From an uncultured virus (IMG/VR IMGVR_UViG_3300034066_001606) (lineage: Duplodnaviria > Heunggongvirae > Uroviricota > Caudoviricetes), in IMG/VR virus record IMGVR_UViG_3300034066_001606: a DNA stretch of 64,000 nt; one strand, given 5' to 3'. Numbering within the stretch: the stretch's first letter is position 1; each line of letters begins with the position of its first letter. Of this stretch, positions 27,220-37,182 are shown in pieces. A model generated the notes under the pieces. The model ran no database searches and was not told the DNA's origin. It worked only from the letters and a program-made list of their open reading frames with translations. A program made the position numbers and the translations under genes.

Positions 27220-28881
27220 ATGGCTAAACGAATCGCAGAGCAATTGGCTTCCATAGAAAGGGCTGAAAGCTTAATACAAATAAAGAAAAACAAATTGCTT
27301 GAAAAGGGTATTACTAGCAACAATCCCTCAGACATTCTTACAGCTAAAACAATGCTTGAAAACATTGAGGATAAGAATGAAATTAAGCACAAATCCTATA
27401 TAATTGACCCAAATGATTTCAATTCATTTCTAGGGTATAAAAACAAAACATATAGTTTAAGCTACAACATGTCCAGAAGGATAAGTTATTCAGTTCCAAT
27501 TATTAGAGCAATTATAGGAACAAGAATAGACCAAGTTGCTTCCTTTTGTGAACCACAAAGTGATAAGTATTCTACTGGATTTGTGATTAGGAAAAAGAAA
27601 AAATACTTTGAATCAGAGAGCGACAGTACTCCGACAAAAGAAGACCAAGCCAAAATACAAAAGTACACAGAATTTATATTGAATTGTGGCGAAGGTAGTA
27701 ATTTCCAATTTGATGATTTTGATACCTTTGTTCGTAAGTTTATAAACGATTGCCTTACATACGACCAAGGAACATTTGAGGTCGTTAGAAACCGACGTGG
27801 TGCTCCAGCTAATTTCTTTGCAACAGATAGTAGCACAATGAGATTAACCGACAATATTGAGGACAATAGTTCGTTTTACGATAACAATGGCTTACAAGTT
27901 GCTAGGTTTGGTGACAATAAGAAAATAAAAGGGTATAAAACCGAATATTGCCAATTAAAAGATGGGGTAATTGTAGCTGAGTATTATCCGTGGGAATTGT
28001 GTTTTGGCATAAGGAATCCAACTACAAATATTTATGCGAATGGTTATGGTGTAAGTGAAATTGAGGTTTTGATGAATACTATAACAAGTATGTTGTGGGG
28101 CGATGAATACAATAGGCGTTTCTTCAGTCAAGGCTCAGCACCAAAGGGTTTCATAAAAATAAAATCAGGTACGAACATAAACAATGGAAGGGTTTCTGAG
28201 TTTAAACAACAATGGCAATCAATGATGTCTGGTGTTTATAATAGTTGGAAGACTCCAGTTTTAGAAGGTGATATTGATTGGGTTGATTTACAGCACAACA
28301 ATAGGGATATGGAATTTAGCAATTGGCAAGAATACCTTATCAAAATTAGTTGTGGTATTTACAGAATTGACCCTGCTGAAATTAATTTTCCATTGTCTGG
28401 TAGTTCAGACCAAAAGCCAATGTTTGAAGGGAACAATGAAGCTAGGTTAAAACATAGTAAGGATAAGGGTTTATATCCACTACTTAAATTTCTGCAAAGG
28501 AAATTAAATAAGTATGTAATGCAACAAATTGACCCCGAATTTGAATTGGTATTTTGTGGCATGGATGGTGTAAACATTGCCGATGAATTGGATAATGATA
28601 TTAAGATGCTAGGTAATTTCATGACAATAGATGAAATTAGAATTAGGAGAGGTTTGAAACCACTAGGCGAAGATAAGGGTGGTAGTATAGTATGTAATAG
28701 TATCTGGTTACAGAACCACAATATGGAAGAGCAAAATAAAAAGGAAGAAGAGCAACAACAGCAACAACAGCAAGGTGGTGAACAAGAACAGGAGCCAGAA
28801 TACGACGAAAGCGAGTTACCACAAAATGAGGAAGACCCTTTTGAAAAAGCATTAAACACTTACATGAAAACATTATCTTAG
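27220..28881 (+). CDS. Portal protein
   Basis: IIRAIIGTRIDQVASF, DCLTYDQ, GYGVSEIE, FFSQGSAPKG, DMEF..W.EYLIK..CGIY.IDPAEI; SPO1/Twort-type. Confidence 0.93.
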   Translation: MAKRIAEQLASIERAESLIQIKKNKLLEKGITSNNPSDILTAKTMLENIEDKNEIKHKSYIIDPNDFNSFLGYKNKTYSLSYNMSRRISYSVPIIRAIIGTRIDQVASFCEPQSDKYSTGFVIRKKKKYFESESDSTPTKEDQAKIQKYTEFILNCGEGSNFQFDDFDTFVRKFINDCLTYDQGTFEVVRNRRGAPANFFATDSSTMRLTDNIEDNSSFYDNNGLQVARFGDNKKIKGYKTEYCQLKDGVIVAEYYPWELCFGIRNPTTNIYANGYGVSEIEVLMNTITSMLWGDEYNRRFFSQGSAPKGFIKIKSGTNINNGRVSEFKQQWQSMMSGVYNSWKTPVLEGDIDWVDLQHNNRDMEFSNWQEYLIKISCGIYRIDPAEINFPLSGSSDQKPMFEGNNEARLKHSKDKGLYPLLKFLQRKLNKYVMQQIDPEFELVFCGMDGVNIADELDNDIKMLGNFMTIDEIRIRRGLKPLGEDKGGSIVCNSIWLQNHNMEEQNKKEEEQQQQQQQGGEQEQEPEYDESELPQNEEDPFEKALNTYMKTLS

Positions 28882-28882
28882 T

Positions 28883-29674
28883 ATGGAAAAATTTATTGAC
28901 GAACTATTTGGAAATTTTAAGTTGCAATTTCTATTTTTTATATTCATAACAATATTCATTATTGTCTTTGTTTACTATGTGTTTAAATACAGAACACAGA
29001 TAAAAAACATATTCCTATTTTTTGATAAGATTGGGGAAGTTGAGTTAGACCAAAAGAAAATTATTGATAACCAAGAACTTTTAATGCAACAGCATAAGGT
29101 TATTACTGAAAATGTTGATAAGATAGCAAAGGAAGCGATACCAAATGGTTCAAATACTTTAAGGAAAACAAACGATAGCATATTTAAAATTGAAAAGTTG
29201 GTAGAGGAAATATGCCATAGGTTGGATTCAAGATTTGAAATAGACAAGTTTCCACTATTTGAATGTGATTCAGATGGGTTATGTGTGAATGCTAATTCTG
29301 CATTGTGTGATTTGTTTGGTGTTTCTAAGGATAGGATATTTGGTTTGGGTTGGACAACCTTTATTCACCAAAGAGATGTTGATGTGGCAATTAAAAATTG
29401 GAATAGGGCGGTACATAATAAACATACCGAATTGGTAGACTCTTACAGAATAATTAATTACAAAACGAATGAAACTATTCCAGTAACTTACAAAGCTATT
29501 TTCAAACACAATTCAGATGGAACTTTAAAAAGTGTATTGGGTACAATTTGGAAAACTAAGACAGTTAATACCAAAAGAGAAGAGGATATTAAATGTTTAC
29601 TTGAAATGGTTGACAAATTTAAAAAGACAAAAGTGGGTAGAGATTTCTTAGAAGAAATAGAAAATGGAAAATAA
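28883..29674 (+). CDS. Membrane protein: N-terminal TM, coiled coil and PAS domain
   Basis: Hydrophobic residues ~14-34; PLFECDSDGLCVNANSALCDLFG...GLGWTTFIHQRD PAS signature. Confidence 0.8.
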   Translation: MEKFIDELFGNFKLQFLFFIFITIFIIVFVYYVFKYRTQIKNIFLFFDKIGEVELDQKKIIDNQELLMQQHKVITENVDKIAKEAIPNGSNTLRKTNDSIFKIEKLVEEICHRLDSRFEIDKFPLFECDSDGLCVNANSALCDLFGVSKDRIFGLGWTTFIHQRDVDVAIKNWNRAVHNKHTELVDSYRIINYKTNETIPVTYKAIFKHNSDGTLKSVLGTIWKTKTVNTKREEDIKCLLEMVDKFKKTKVGRDFLEEIENGK

Positions 29675-29822
29675 AAAACGCAAAAATATAATTAACAAGG
29701 AAGAGCCTGAATTTTTGGCACAAAAGCAATACGAAAAAGTTTTCAAAAAAGACTATAATAAAATGTTGGTTGCTATGAATCTTAATATACTAAAAGAATT
29801 GAGTAATGATACTAAACAATAA
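29664..29822 (+). CDS. 52-aa hypothetical protein (not in ORF track)
   Basis: MENKKRKNIINKEEPEF...; overlaps both neighbours. Confidence 0.5.
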   Translation: MENKKRKNIINKEEPEFLAQKQYEKVFKKDYNKMLVAMNLNILKELSNDTKQ

Positions 29823-30723
29823 GCAATTAAACAATATATTTAGTATAATAGATAAATTCCATTCTATATTCATTTCTACCCATTTGGGTACAAACTATTT
29901 AAGCGATGAACAGAAGTTCAATTTAAAAAATGCTGGAATAGATTTAAGTACTTTTACTAAGGCTGAAATAGTTGATAATGCATTCAAGTTTGGTATGCTA
30001 AGTAATATGTTGCAATCTGTAAAAAATAGTGCCAAGTTAACCTATAAGAAATTCCTTAAATTTTTAGAATTAAATAATTTACCGCTTACAGCTGATGAGC
30101 AATTTGCATTGGATTCGGTTAAACAGCAATGTTATGGCGACATCACTGGATTAGGCAACAAGGTTAAACAAGACATGAACAACATTGTAATTAAACATAG
30201 TAATGCTCAAAAATTTAAAATGGATGCTAGTATTAATAGGTTGGCAAGTGAAGCAGTAGCTAAAAGGCAAACATTGAATAAGTTGTCTAGCGAACTAGGG
30301 CATTTAACAAAGGATTGGAGTAGGGATTTTGATAGGATAAGCGATTACATAATGCATTCGGCATACCAACATGGTAGGGCGCAAAATTTGCTTAAAAATT
30401 ATGGTGATGATGTTGAGGTTTACTTCACAGTCTATCCTAAGGCATGTAAACATTGTATTAGGTTGTATTTGACTGGCGATATAGGTAGTGAACCAATTGT
30501 GTTTAAGTTAACCGATGTTTTATCAAATGGCAATAACATAGGTGTTAAAAGTATTGACTGGAAACCTAGTGTTAATCCAATTCATCCATGGTGTAGATGT
30601 ACTTTAACTATTAAGCCTAAAGATAGTATTTGGGATGGTGCTTCACAACGATATGTGTTGGTTAGAAATACACATAATGTCAAAAGGAAAAGCAAGGTTG
30701 CAGTTAAGGTGAGTTATGAATAA
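29806..30723 (+). CDS. Minor head protein, MuF / SPP1 gp7-like
   Basis: DWSRDFDRI, ACKHC...PIHPWCRC; located between portal and protease. Confidence 0.8.
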   Translation: MILNNKQLNNIFSIIDKFHSIFISTHLGTNYLSDEQKFNLKNAGIDLSTFTKAEIVDNAFKFGMLSNMLQSVKNSAKLTYKKFLKFLELNNLPLTADEQFALDSVKQQCYGDITGLGNKVKQDMNNIVIKHSNAQKFKMDASINRLASEAVAKRQTLNKLSSELGHLTKDWSRDFDRISDYIMHSAYQHGRAQNLLKNYGDDVEVYFTVYPKACKHCIRLYLTGDIGSEPIVFKLTDVLSNGNNIGVKSIDWKPSVNPIHPWCRCTLTIKPKDSIWDGASQRYVLVRNTHNVKRKSKVAVKVSYE

Positions 30724-30745
30724 CAATGTAAAAAAGTAAAAGAAA

Positions 30746-33592
30746 ATGGTAAAAAAGAGTAAAATAGTTGAACAACAAAGGGAAAATAAAGGGTATTACG
30801 AATACGAAAACATGTTGTGCAATGCTAACATTAGACTTTCCAAATTTAAGTTCTTTGAAAACGATTTAAAGTCGTCGTTAAAGGAATTAAACCACTTGTT
30901 TAGCTTAATGGTTGATGGAAAGCCAATAATTAACAATGAGACCCTAATAAGCCTAAAAGTTGGTACTGAAATTGCACACCAAATGAAGTTGATCGATTTG
31001 CGTAATTTTATTATAAGTAAGATAAAAGAAAAGGGTGAATCTAATTACTTAAAAATAACCAATCTTAAAATAGTTAGTAATGCAAATCCTTTTGATTGTA
31101 CACTAACAAAATCGCTAGGTATTACAGCACTTACAGCCGATTTCTTAATTGAAAATGAGTTGCTAGGTGTTGACACATACAATGCATTGGAAAAGGGTTT
31201 TATTGAGGAAGCTACCGACTATTGGAATGTTGATATTGAAAAAGCGGTAAAGAATTTAGCAAAGTACAAAGCTGTAAGAAAATTGGTTTATCGTAATGGT
31301 AAAACCTTTGTTGTTACCTACTATGTGAATCCAATAACCCAATTGCCAGAAGAGCAAGATAGCATAGAATTGAATGACGATAAGAACATACATGCCATTG
31401 CAATAAGCGGTTTGGCAGTAGGTGATGAAATTGAGGATAAAAATGGTGCAAAAGCTGTAGTTAGACGTTTTGAAAAAGATGGTAGTATAAGATTAGATTA
31501 TGGTTCTGGAATAAAAACAACAATGTCTTTTTCAAACTTTGCTAAAAAGGTTAAGAATGGTGATTTAATTATTTCAGCACATAAGAATGTTCAAATAAAG
31601 AATACCAATGCCACACCGACAAGTTTGGCTGACTTAACCCACATATCTTCATTGGGTGGTAGTACTGGAGCTGAACTTACAGAAGATGAAAATGGTGTAA
31701 AATGGGTTGTTAAGCGTGGTGGTGGAAAACAAGCTAGTGAACAATGTGCTAACGAAGCACTAGCAAACCAAATATACGAAACATTGGGTTTAAATGCTCC
31801 TAAAAGTACCATTATTACAGATAAGGGTGATAAGGTATTGGTAAGTGGTTTTGTGGAAAATTTGCAGGATATAAACAGCATAAGCGGAACAGCACAATTC
31901 ACAAACACTAAGGTATTGCTACAATCAACATTTGTTGCACATGCATTACTAGGCAATTTGGATATAGTTGAAAACGACAATACTAAGGTTGATGTAAATG
32001 GTAACATATTCTTTTTAGATAATGGTGGCTCACTATTGTACAGAGCACAAGGTGGTCCAAAGAATTTTGATAAAAGCTGTAGTGAACTAAGTTCAATGCT
32101 ATCATTTACTAGCAATCAAACTAAGTGGTTTGGTAATTTAACTAAGGGCGATATAGCAATGCAAATTGAAAATTTGATATTGCCAAAAAAGGATGAAGTT
32201 TTGAAAACAATAAGTAATGCAAGTTATTTAGACAAGGCTCAACAAAAAGAACTTCTAGACACTATGACTGGAAGGTTTGATAGCCTTGAAAAGTTTTTAG
32301 ATAATTACAAATTGAATACCAAGAATAAAAATAGTCCAATTAAATATGACGATGCAAAAGATACATTGGATTCAATTACACTTGCAAATAGTAAAAAGAA
32401 TGATTACAAAGTTATAGACGACTATGAAAAAATATTGGATGATGTAAACGATTACATTAAAAATAAAAATGGTGGAAAAAGCAAAAACGATACAATTGGT
32501 TTTGTCAATGCTAATTTCATGTGTAAGGCTAGGGGTTTTGATGGTAAACCAACTATATTGTCAGATGTTGATTTTAATAAGTTGTTTATTAAGTCTAAGT
32601 CTCAAAAGGGAGCCAATTTGCTATACAGGACAGTAGGTGCTGGACATGAGGATAGTTTGGTTGATAGAACAGAATTCTATACTGGAGGAGTTGGGCAATC
32701 AGCTTATGGTGCTGGATTGTACTTTGCAAATGAAACTAATAGTTTAAATAATTTCACCACACCTCCACCTCCACCTAGAACAAATGATTTAAGCGATAGT
32801 AAGGGGTATGGCGATTTAACGCATGTGGTAATGACAGCACCAAATTTCAAATGGGGTGATTTAGACAGCATTAGAAGTGAGATGCGTAACTTCCTAAACA
32901 ACACTATAGTTAATCCAAAATTTGATAAGGCAAAGGATGCGTTTGACAAAGCAACACAAGCTTTGAAGGACCACACTAAAAATTTCCATATAAACTTTGC
33001 AAAAACTAGAAACCATGCCCAAGAGGTTGCAGTTAAGGCAATGGAAATTCATGCCAAAAGGGATTGGGGTGAACACCATGTAACTGAATTAGCCGACATA
33101 CTTAACAAATTTGGAAATGGGGCAAGTGGTAAGCAAATCGGTCAAACAATTAGGCTACAACTACCAAAAAATGCTGATGGTAGCAAGGGTGAGCATTACG
33201 ATTATGTTTTAACTGGAGCAGGGAACACCAATGGTAAAAGCTACAATACCAATGTAAAGACGTTGTTTAATAAAATTTACGACGAATACAGCGTTCCATT
33301 CCAAGCCGAACTAACAAAAGCCGACATGCATTCAGACAAGCAGTTTATACAGCTTAGTTCAGATGCAATGGAAGCGCAAGATGAATTAAACAAACATCCA
33401 CATACTATTCCAAATCCAAACTTAACAAAAAGCGATAAGGCTTTGATGGAATTAATAAAGAAAGATCAAAGCGGAGATAGTGCTGGAATATATGCCATAC
33501 ATAAAGGTTATGATGGTGTAACAACTAGTGCTGGAAACTACCGAGTGATTTACAATAGAACAAAATTGATTATTAACGAAAAATTATTTTAA
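30746..33592 (+). CDS. 948-aa multidomain head-associated protein: PI3/4-kinase/HipA-like kinase and ADP-ribosyltransferase-like domain
   Basis: LGGSTGA, WVVK, NEALA..IY, LGNLD...DN, LDNGGSLLYRAQG; RGFDGKP, LYR, AYGAGLYFA, GYDGV...VIYNRT. Confidence 0.7.
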   Translation: MVKKSKIVEQQRENKGYYEYENMLCNANIRLSKFKFFENDLKSSLKELNHLFSLMVDGKPIINNETLISLKVGTEIAHQMKLIDLRNFIISKIKEKGESNYLKITNLKIVSNANPFDCTLTKSLGITALTADFLIENELLGVDTYNALEKGFIEEATDYWNVDIEKAVKNLAKYKAVRKLVYRNGKTFVVTYYVNPITQLPEEQDSIELNDDKNIHAIAISGLAVGDEIEDKNGAKAVVRRFEKDGSIRLDYGSGIKTTMSFSNFAKKVKNGDLIISAHKNVQIKNTNATPTSLADLTHISSLGGSTGAELTEDENGVKWVVKRGGGKQASEQCANEALANQIYETLGLNAPKSTIITDKGDKVLVSGFVENLQDINSISGTAQFTNTKVLLQSTFVAHALLGNLDIVENDNTKVDVNGNIFFLDNGGSLLYRAQGGPKNFDKSCSELSSMLSFTSNQTKWFGNLTKGDIAMQIENLILPKKDEVLKTISNASYLDKAQQKELLDTMTGRFDSLEKFLDNYKLNTKNKNSPIKYDDAKDTLDSITLANSKKNDYKVIDDYEKILDDVNDYIKNKNGGKSKNDTIGFVNANFMCKARGFDGKPTILSDVDFNKLFIKSKSQKGANLLYRTVGAGHEDSLVDRTEFYTGGVGQSAYGAGLYFANETNSLNNFTTPPPPPRTNDLSDSKGYGDLTHVVMTAPNFKWGDLDSIRSEMRNFLNNTIVNPKFDKAKDAFDKATQALKDHTKNFHINFAKTRNHAQEVAVKAMEIHAKRDWGEHHVTELADILNKFGNGASGKQIGQTIRLQLPKNADGSKGEHYDYVLTGAGNTNGKSYNTNVKTLFNKIYDEYSVPFQAELTKADMHSDKQFIQLSSDAMEAQDELNKHPHTIPNPNLTKSDKALMELIKKDQSGDSAGIYAIHKGYDGVTTSAGNYRVIYNRTKLIINEKLF

Positions 33593-33593
33593 A

Positions 33594-34016
33594 ATGAGAT
33601 TTGCATACATACCAGAATACCATTGCAGTTTAGATAAAATTAATAGTGGATACATTATTCATGGACAATTTGATTTAGAAGATGATTATGTTAGGAATGA
33701 AAATGTTGATGAAAGATTAGCCAAAGTAAAGAAGCTAGTATTTGATGACAATTACGAACCTTTGTATGAAAATTGGCATAGCTTACATTTTCCATTGTTA
33801 CATAATGTATCATTTGGTGGTGTGCATAGTAAATGCAGTAAGTTTGATGATTTACCAAATGAAGTTTTGCAAATGGCAGTTAAGGCTGAAAAGCATTTAT
33901 TTGTAGATGTTAAATTTGAAAAGTATGTTGAATCTTTAGGTTTAGTACCTTCAGAATTGGATACAATAAATAAATTAAATTTAGTTGAAAACTTTAAATT
34001 CTTTAATGGTATTTAG
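33594..34016 (+). CDS. Hypothetical protein, candidate immunity partner
   Basis: 140 aa starting 2 nt after the kinase/ART gene. Confidence 0.55.
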   Translation: MRFAYIPEYHCSLDKINSGYIIHGQFDLEDDYVRNENVDERLAKVKKLVFDDNYEPLYENWHSLHFPLLHNVSFGGVHSKCSKFDDLPNEVLQMAVKAEKHLFVDVKFEKYVESLGLVPSELDTINKLNLVENFKFFNGI

Positions 34017-34045
34017 AGTTCTAATTTTTGATTTATAATATTCAC

Positions 34046-35581
34046 ATGGCTGACAAAAAATTTAGATTCTGGTTTCCAATTGACGAAATGAAAAAAGGAA
34101 CCGACGAATCTGGTGAAGTGGAAATGAAGTTCGGCGGTTATGCAAGTACAATGCGAAAAGACGTTGATGGTGAAAACCTTGACCCTAGTGGGTTTGATTT
34201 AAGTTATTTCAACGAGCGTGGTATTGTTAATTGGAATCATGGTAAGACACCTGAAACAATAATAGGTGAACCCATTGAAGCTAAAATAATTGGTAAAAAA
34301 TTATGGGTTTCAACTAAACTTTATAACAGAAGTGAGTTGGCAAAAGGTGTTTATGCATTAGGTGAAACACTTGAACAAAGCGGTGCAACTAGAAGACTAG
34401 GATATAGCATTGAGGGTATTGTTACAGAGAGAGACCCAAATAATCCAACTAAGGTTAAAAAAGCTATGATTACCAATATGGCTATTACCTTAAACCCTAA
34501 AAATCCTGACAGCATTATAGATATAATTAAAGGCACATTTAACGAGTTTGATGATAGCGTTGACACTAGTGCCGACGAACTACTAAAACAAGTCTCTAAT
34601 GGTGGAGCAAATGGTGGTACACAATACATTATTGACATTACAAGACCAGATGGGTGTAGAGTAGTTGTAGATAAGGACTATCAAATAAAAATTACCAAAG
34701 CACTTGATACCATAAATGGTAAGCCATTAATTAAGGAAGACTTGGATAACAAATTGGTTGATTTAAACAAAGTTTCAAGCAAAAAAGATTATTTGAGTAA
34801 GGCACAAATAATGGAAAAAATATTTTCAAAATTTGGAGTTATAGATTTACTGAACGCAAACAAAATTTTCAATAAAATAAATAGTACAATGAAAAAAAAT
34901 CAAAAAAATTCAGAATTGGCAAACATTACTGAAGAAGTGTTGGAAAAAGCACTAGGTAAAATGTCTGACTCATTGAGTGACGATATTTTAAACAAAAATA
35001 TGAAAAATGATGAAGCTGAAGAAGAAGTTGATCCGAATGATGCAATTGAAACTGATGAAAACGAGGAAGAAGAATATGAGGAAAAACCAAAGCCAAAAGC
35101 TAAGGCGAAGCCAAAAGCAAAACCTGAAATGAATGACAACATGGAAAAGGGAAGCTTGAGTGAATCATTGGCAATTGTACTTAAAGGTTTGAACGACAAA
35201 ATTAACAAGTTTAATGAGAAGTTTGATGCATTGGAAAAAAGCTTAGATAGCCAAGCTGAATTGCTTAACGAAATTGCTGATTCCGCTCCTGCTCCTAAAA
35301 GTATTACCAAAAGCAATTCCAAGCCATTGGGTCGTTCTTTTGAAAAAGGTATTGAGGATGAATTTGAAAAAGGTGTTAATGGTGAAGAAAGTGAAAAAAC
35401 GCTATCTGTTTCAAAACAGAAAGGTGCGGTGCTTTCAGTACTTGACAATTTAGCATTTGGGGCAAAGGGTTTCAATCCAACGATTGCAAAGGCTATGACA
35501 ACATTTGAAAGTTCTGGTACATTGGAAAAAGCAATCGTTGACGAAATCAAAACTTCAACTGGAATTCAACTAGTTAATTAA
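34046..35581 (+). CDS. Prohead protease with C-terminal scaffold
   Basis: GYAST..KDVDGE, NWNH, IIGEP, GYSIEG, AIT.NP.N; acidic coiled-coil C-terminal half. Confidence 0.88.
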   Translation: MADKKFRFWFPIDEMKKGTDESGEVEMKFGGYASTMRKDVDGENLDPSGFDLSYFNERGIVNWNHGKTPETIIGEPIEAKIIGKKLWVSTKLYNRSELAKGVYALGETLEQSGATRRLGYSIEGIVTERDPNNPTKVKKAMITNMAITLNPKNPDSIIDIIKGTFNEFDDSVDTSADELLKQVSNGGANGGTQYIIDITRPDGCRVVVDKDYQIKITKALDTINGKPLIKEDLDNKLVDLNKVSSKKDYLSKAQIMEKIFSKFGVIDLLNANKIFNKINSTMKKNQKNSELANITEEVLEKALGKMSDSLSDDILNKNMKNDEAEEEVDPNDAIETDENEEEEYEEKPKPKAKAKPKAKPEMNDNMEKGSLSESLAIVLKGLNDKINKFNEKFDALEKSLDSQAELLNEIADSAPAPKSITKSNSKPLGRSFEKGIEDEFEKGVNGEESEKTLSVSKQKGAVLSVLDNLAFGAKGFNPTIAKAMTTFESSGTLEKAIVDEIKTSTGIQLVN

Positions 35582-35620
35582 TAAACAAATTTTTAAATAA
35601 ACAATTCAATTATAAACAAA

Positions 35621-37096
35621 ATGGTAGATTTACAAAACTACAATTCTGGTGCTGACAATCAAGTTATGTTTGGAGGAAATGCCACAATGCAAGAGGTTGA
35701 TAACCTTAACAAAGCGTTGGAAGCACAAAACCTCACAGGTCGCGAGACTACTAACTTGACCACAACATCAGGTGCTCCGCTTAAAGTGGAAAGTCTCGAC
35801 AAGACTTTGAAAGTATTGACATACACAGAAAAAGAGTTAACGCTCTGGTCTAGAATCAAAAAGACTCCTGCCTATAATACGGTTGAAGAGTATAACCAAT
35901 TAGTATCTTATGGTGCTGATAGAGGTGGTTTTAACCGAGAGGGTGAACTTCCAGTTGAAGAGGACAGCACTTATGTTCGTAGAGCTCAGTTGGTTAAATT
36001 CTTAGGTGTTACCAAATCGGTTACACATCCTATGACTTTAGTAAATACCATGATTGGTGATGCTATTGACAGAGAAGCTAAGAATGGTACTTTGTGGTTG
36101 TTGCGTAAACTTAATCGTGGTCTTTACTTCGGTAACGAAGCAATGATTCCTGAAGAGTTTAACGGATTCATTGCACAGCATCAATCCAACGATGCATTTG
36201 CCTCATTTAATGAGTACATGAATAGCGAAGTCGTGATTGATTTGCGTGGTAAAGTATTGTCTGAAGAAGCCATTGAAAGCGGTGCTAATGGTATTATTGA
36301 AAACTTCGGTTTAGCTACAGCCTTGTATGCTCCTCCAGTAGTGTTATCAAACTTTGTAAAGAAGTTTTATGGTAACAAGTTCATTCAGCCGAATACCAAT
36401 GCCTTGACCGATGGTGTAATGGGACAAAGAGTAAAATCTTTTGAATCCCAATTTGGTAACATTGATTTGAACTACGATATTTTCTTCAACAAGAATCCGA
36501 CCAAAACTTCAGCCTCTAGTGCAACTTCAGCGAATGCTCCAATTGCTCCAGTTGTGTCTGCGGTTACTCCAGTTGCAACTGATGCATTGGGTAAGTGGTT
36601 CGCTTCTGATGCAGGAACTTATATCTATGCAGTATCAGCCATTAATCGTTACGGCGAAAGTGTGCTGACAGTCTTTGCTACTCCTGCAACAATTGTCGCT
36701 GGAGGTGCTGTTGACATTACGTTCACAGCTTCAGCTTCAACGTATAATGCAACTAGCTTCCAAATTTATAGAAGCCAAGCGGGTGCGACAGTCGGCAATG
36801 CGGTTTATAGCCCATTGTTCACGGTTTCATTAACCCAATTGACAGCAGGATATGATGGCGGTAGTGCAGGTCATGTTCGTGACCGCAATCGTTTCATGCC
36901 AGGAACCAACCAAGCGTTACTCATGGAAGAAAGCGAAGAGGTAATGGAATTCAAGCAATTGGCTCCACTTATGAAAATGGATTTGGCAGTTGTTGGTCCA
37001 GCCTTCCGATTCATGGTGTTGCTTTATGGTACTCCGTTCCTTTATGCTCCTAGGAAAATGGTTCGCTTTATAAACATTGGAACTGACCTCACATAG
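35621..37096 (+). CDS. Major capsid protein
   Basis: GAPLKVESLD, PAYNTVEEY, EGELP..EDS.Y.R, EFDG-like EFNG, LAPLMKMDLA, LYG...LYAP.K; SPO1/Twort-type. Confidence 0.93.
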   Translation: MVDLQNYNSGADNQVMFGGNATMQEVDNLNKALEAQNLTGRETTNLTTTSGAPLKVESLDKTLKVLTYTEKELTLWSRIKKTPAYNTVEEYNQLVSYGADRGGFNREGELPVEEDSTYVRRAQLVKFLGVTKSVTHPMTLVNTMIGDAIDREAKNGTLWLLRKLNRGLYFGNEAMIPEEFNGFIAQHQSNDAFASFNEYMNSEVVIDLRGKVLSEEAIESGANGIIENFGLATALYAPPVVLSNFVKKFYGNKFIQPNTNALTDGVMGQRVKSFESQFGNIDLNYDIFFNKNPTKTSASSATSANAPIAPVVSAVTPVATDALGKWFASDAGTYIYAVSAINRYGESVLTVFATPATIVAGGAVDITFTASASTYNATSFQIYRSQAGATVGNAVYSPLFTVSLTQLTAGYDGGSAGHVRDRNRFMPGTNQALLMEESEEVMEFKQLAPLMKMDLAVVGPAFRFMVLLYGTPFLYAPRKMVRFINIGTDLT

Positions 37097-37115
37097 TATC
37101 TATCCTTTAAATTAG

Positions 37116-37146
37116 AAAATGGTGGACTTCGGTTCACCATTTTTTT
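37116..37146 (+). terminator. Intrinsic terminator after MCP
   Basis: AAAATGGTGGAC-TTCG-GTTCACCATTTTTTT with a cUUCGg loop. Confidence 0.9.
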
Positions 37147-37182
37147 GATATATTAAGTTTATTAATAAAAAAACTATTTAAA

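Noticed and set aside
28359..28859. Minus-strand ORF with a poly-Cys run
   Set aside because: Antisense shadow of the portal's CAA/CAG poly-Gln tail
34900..35550. 216-aa minus-strand ORF and the other minus-strand ORFs
   Set aside because: Ser/Phe/Leu-rich antisense shadows of Lys/Glu-rich plus-strand genes; no motifs or expression signals
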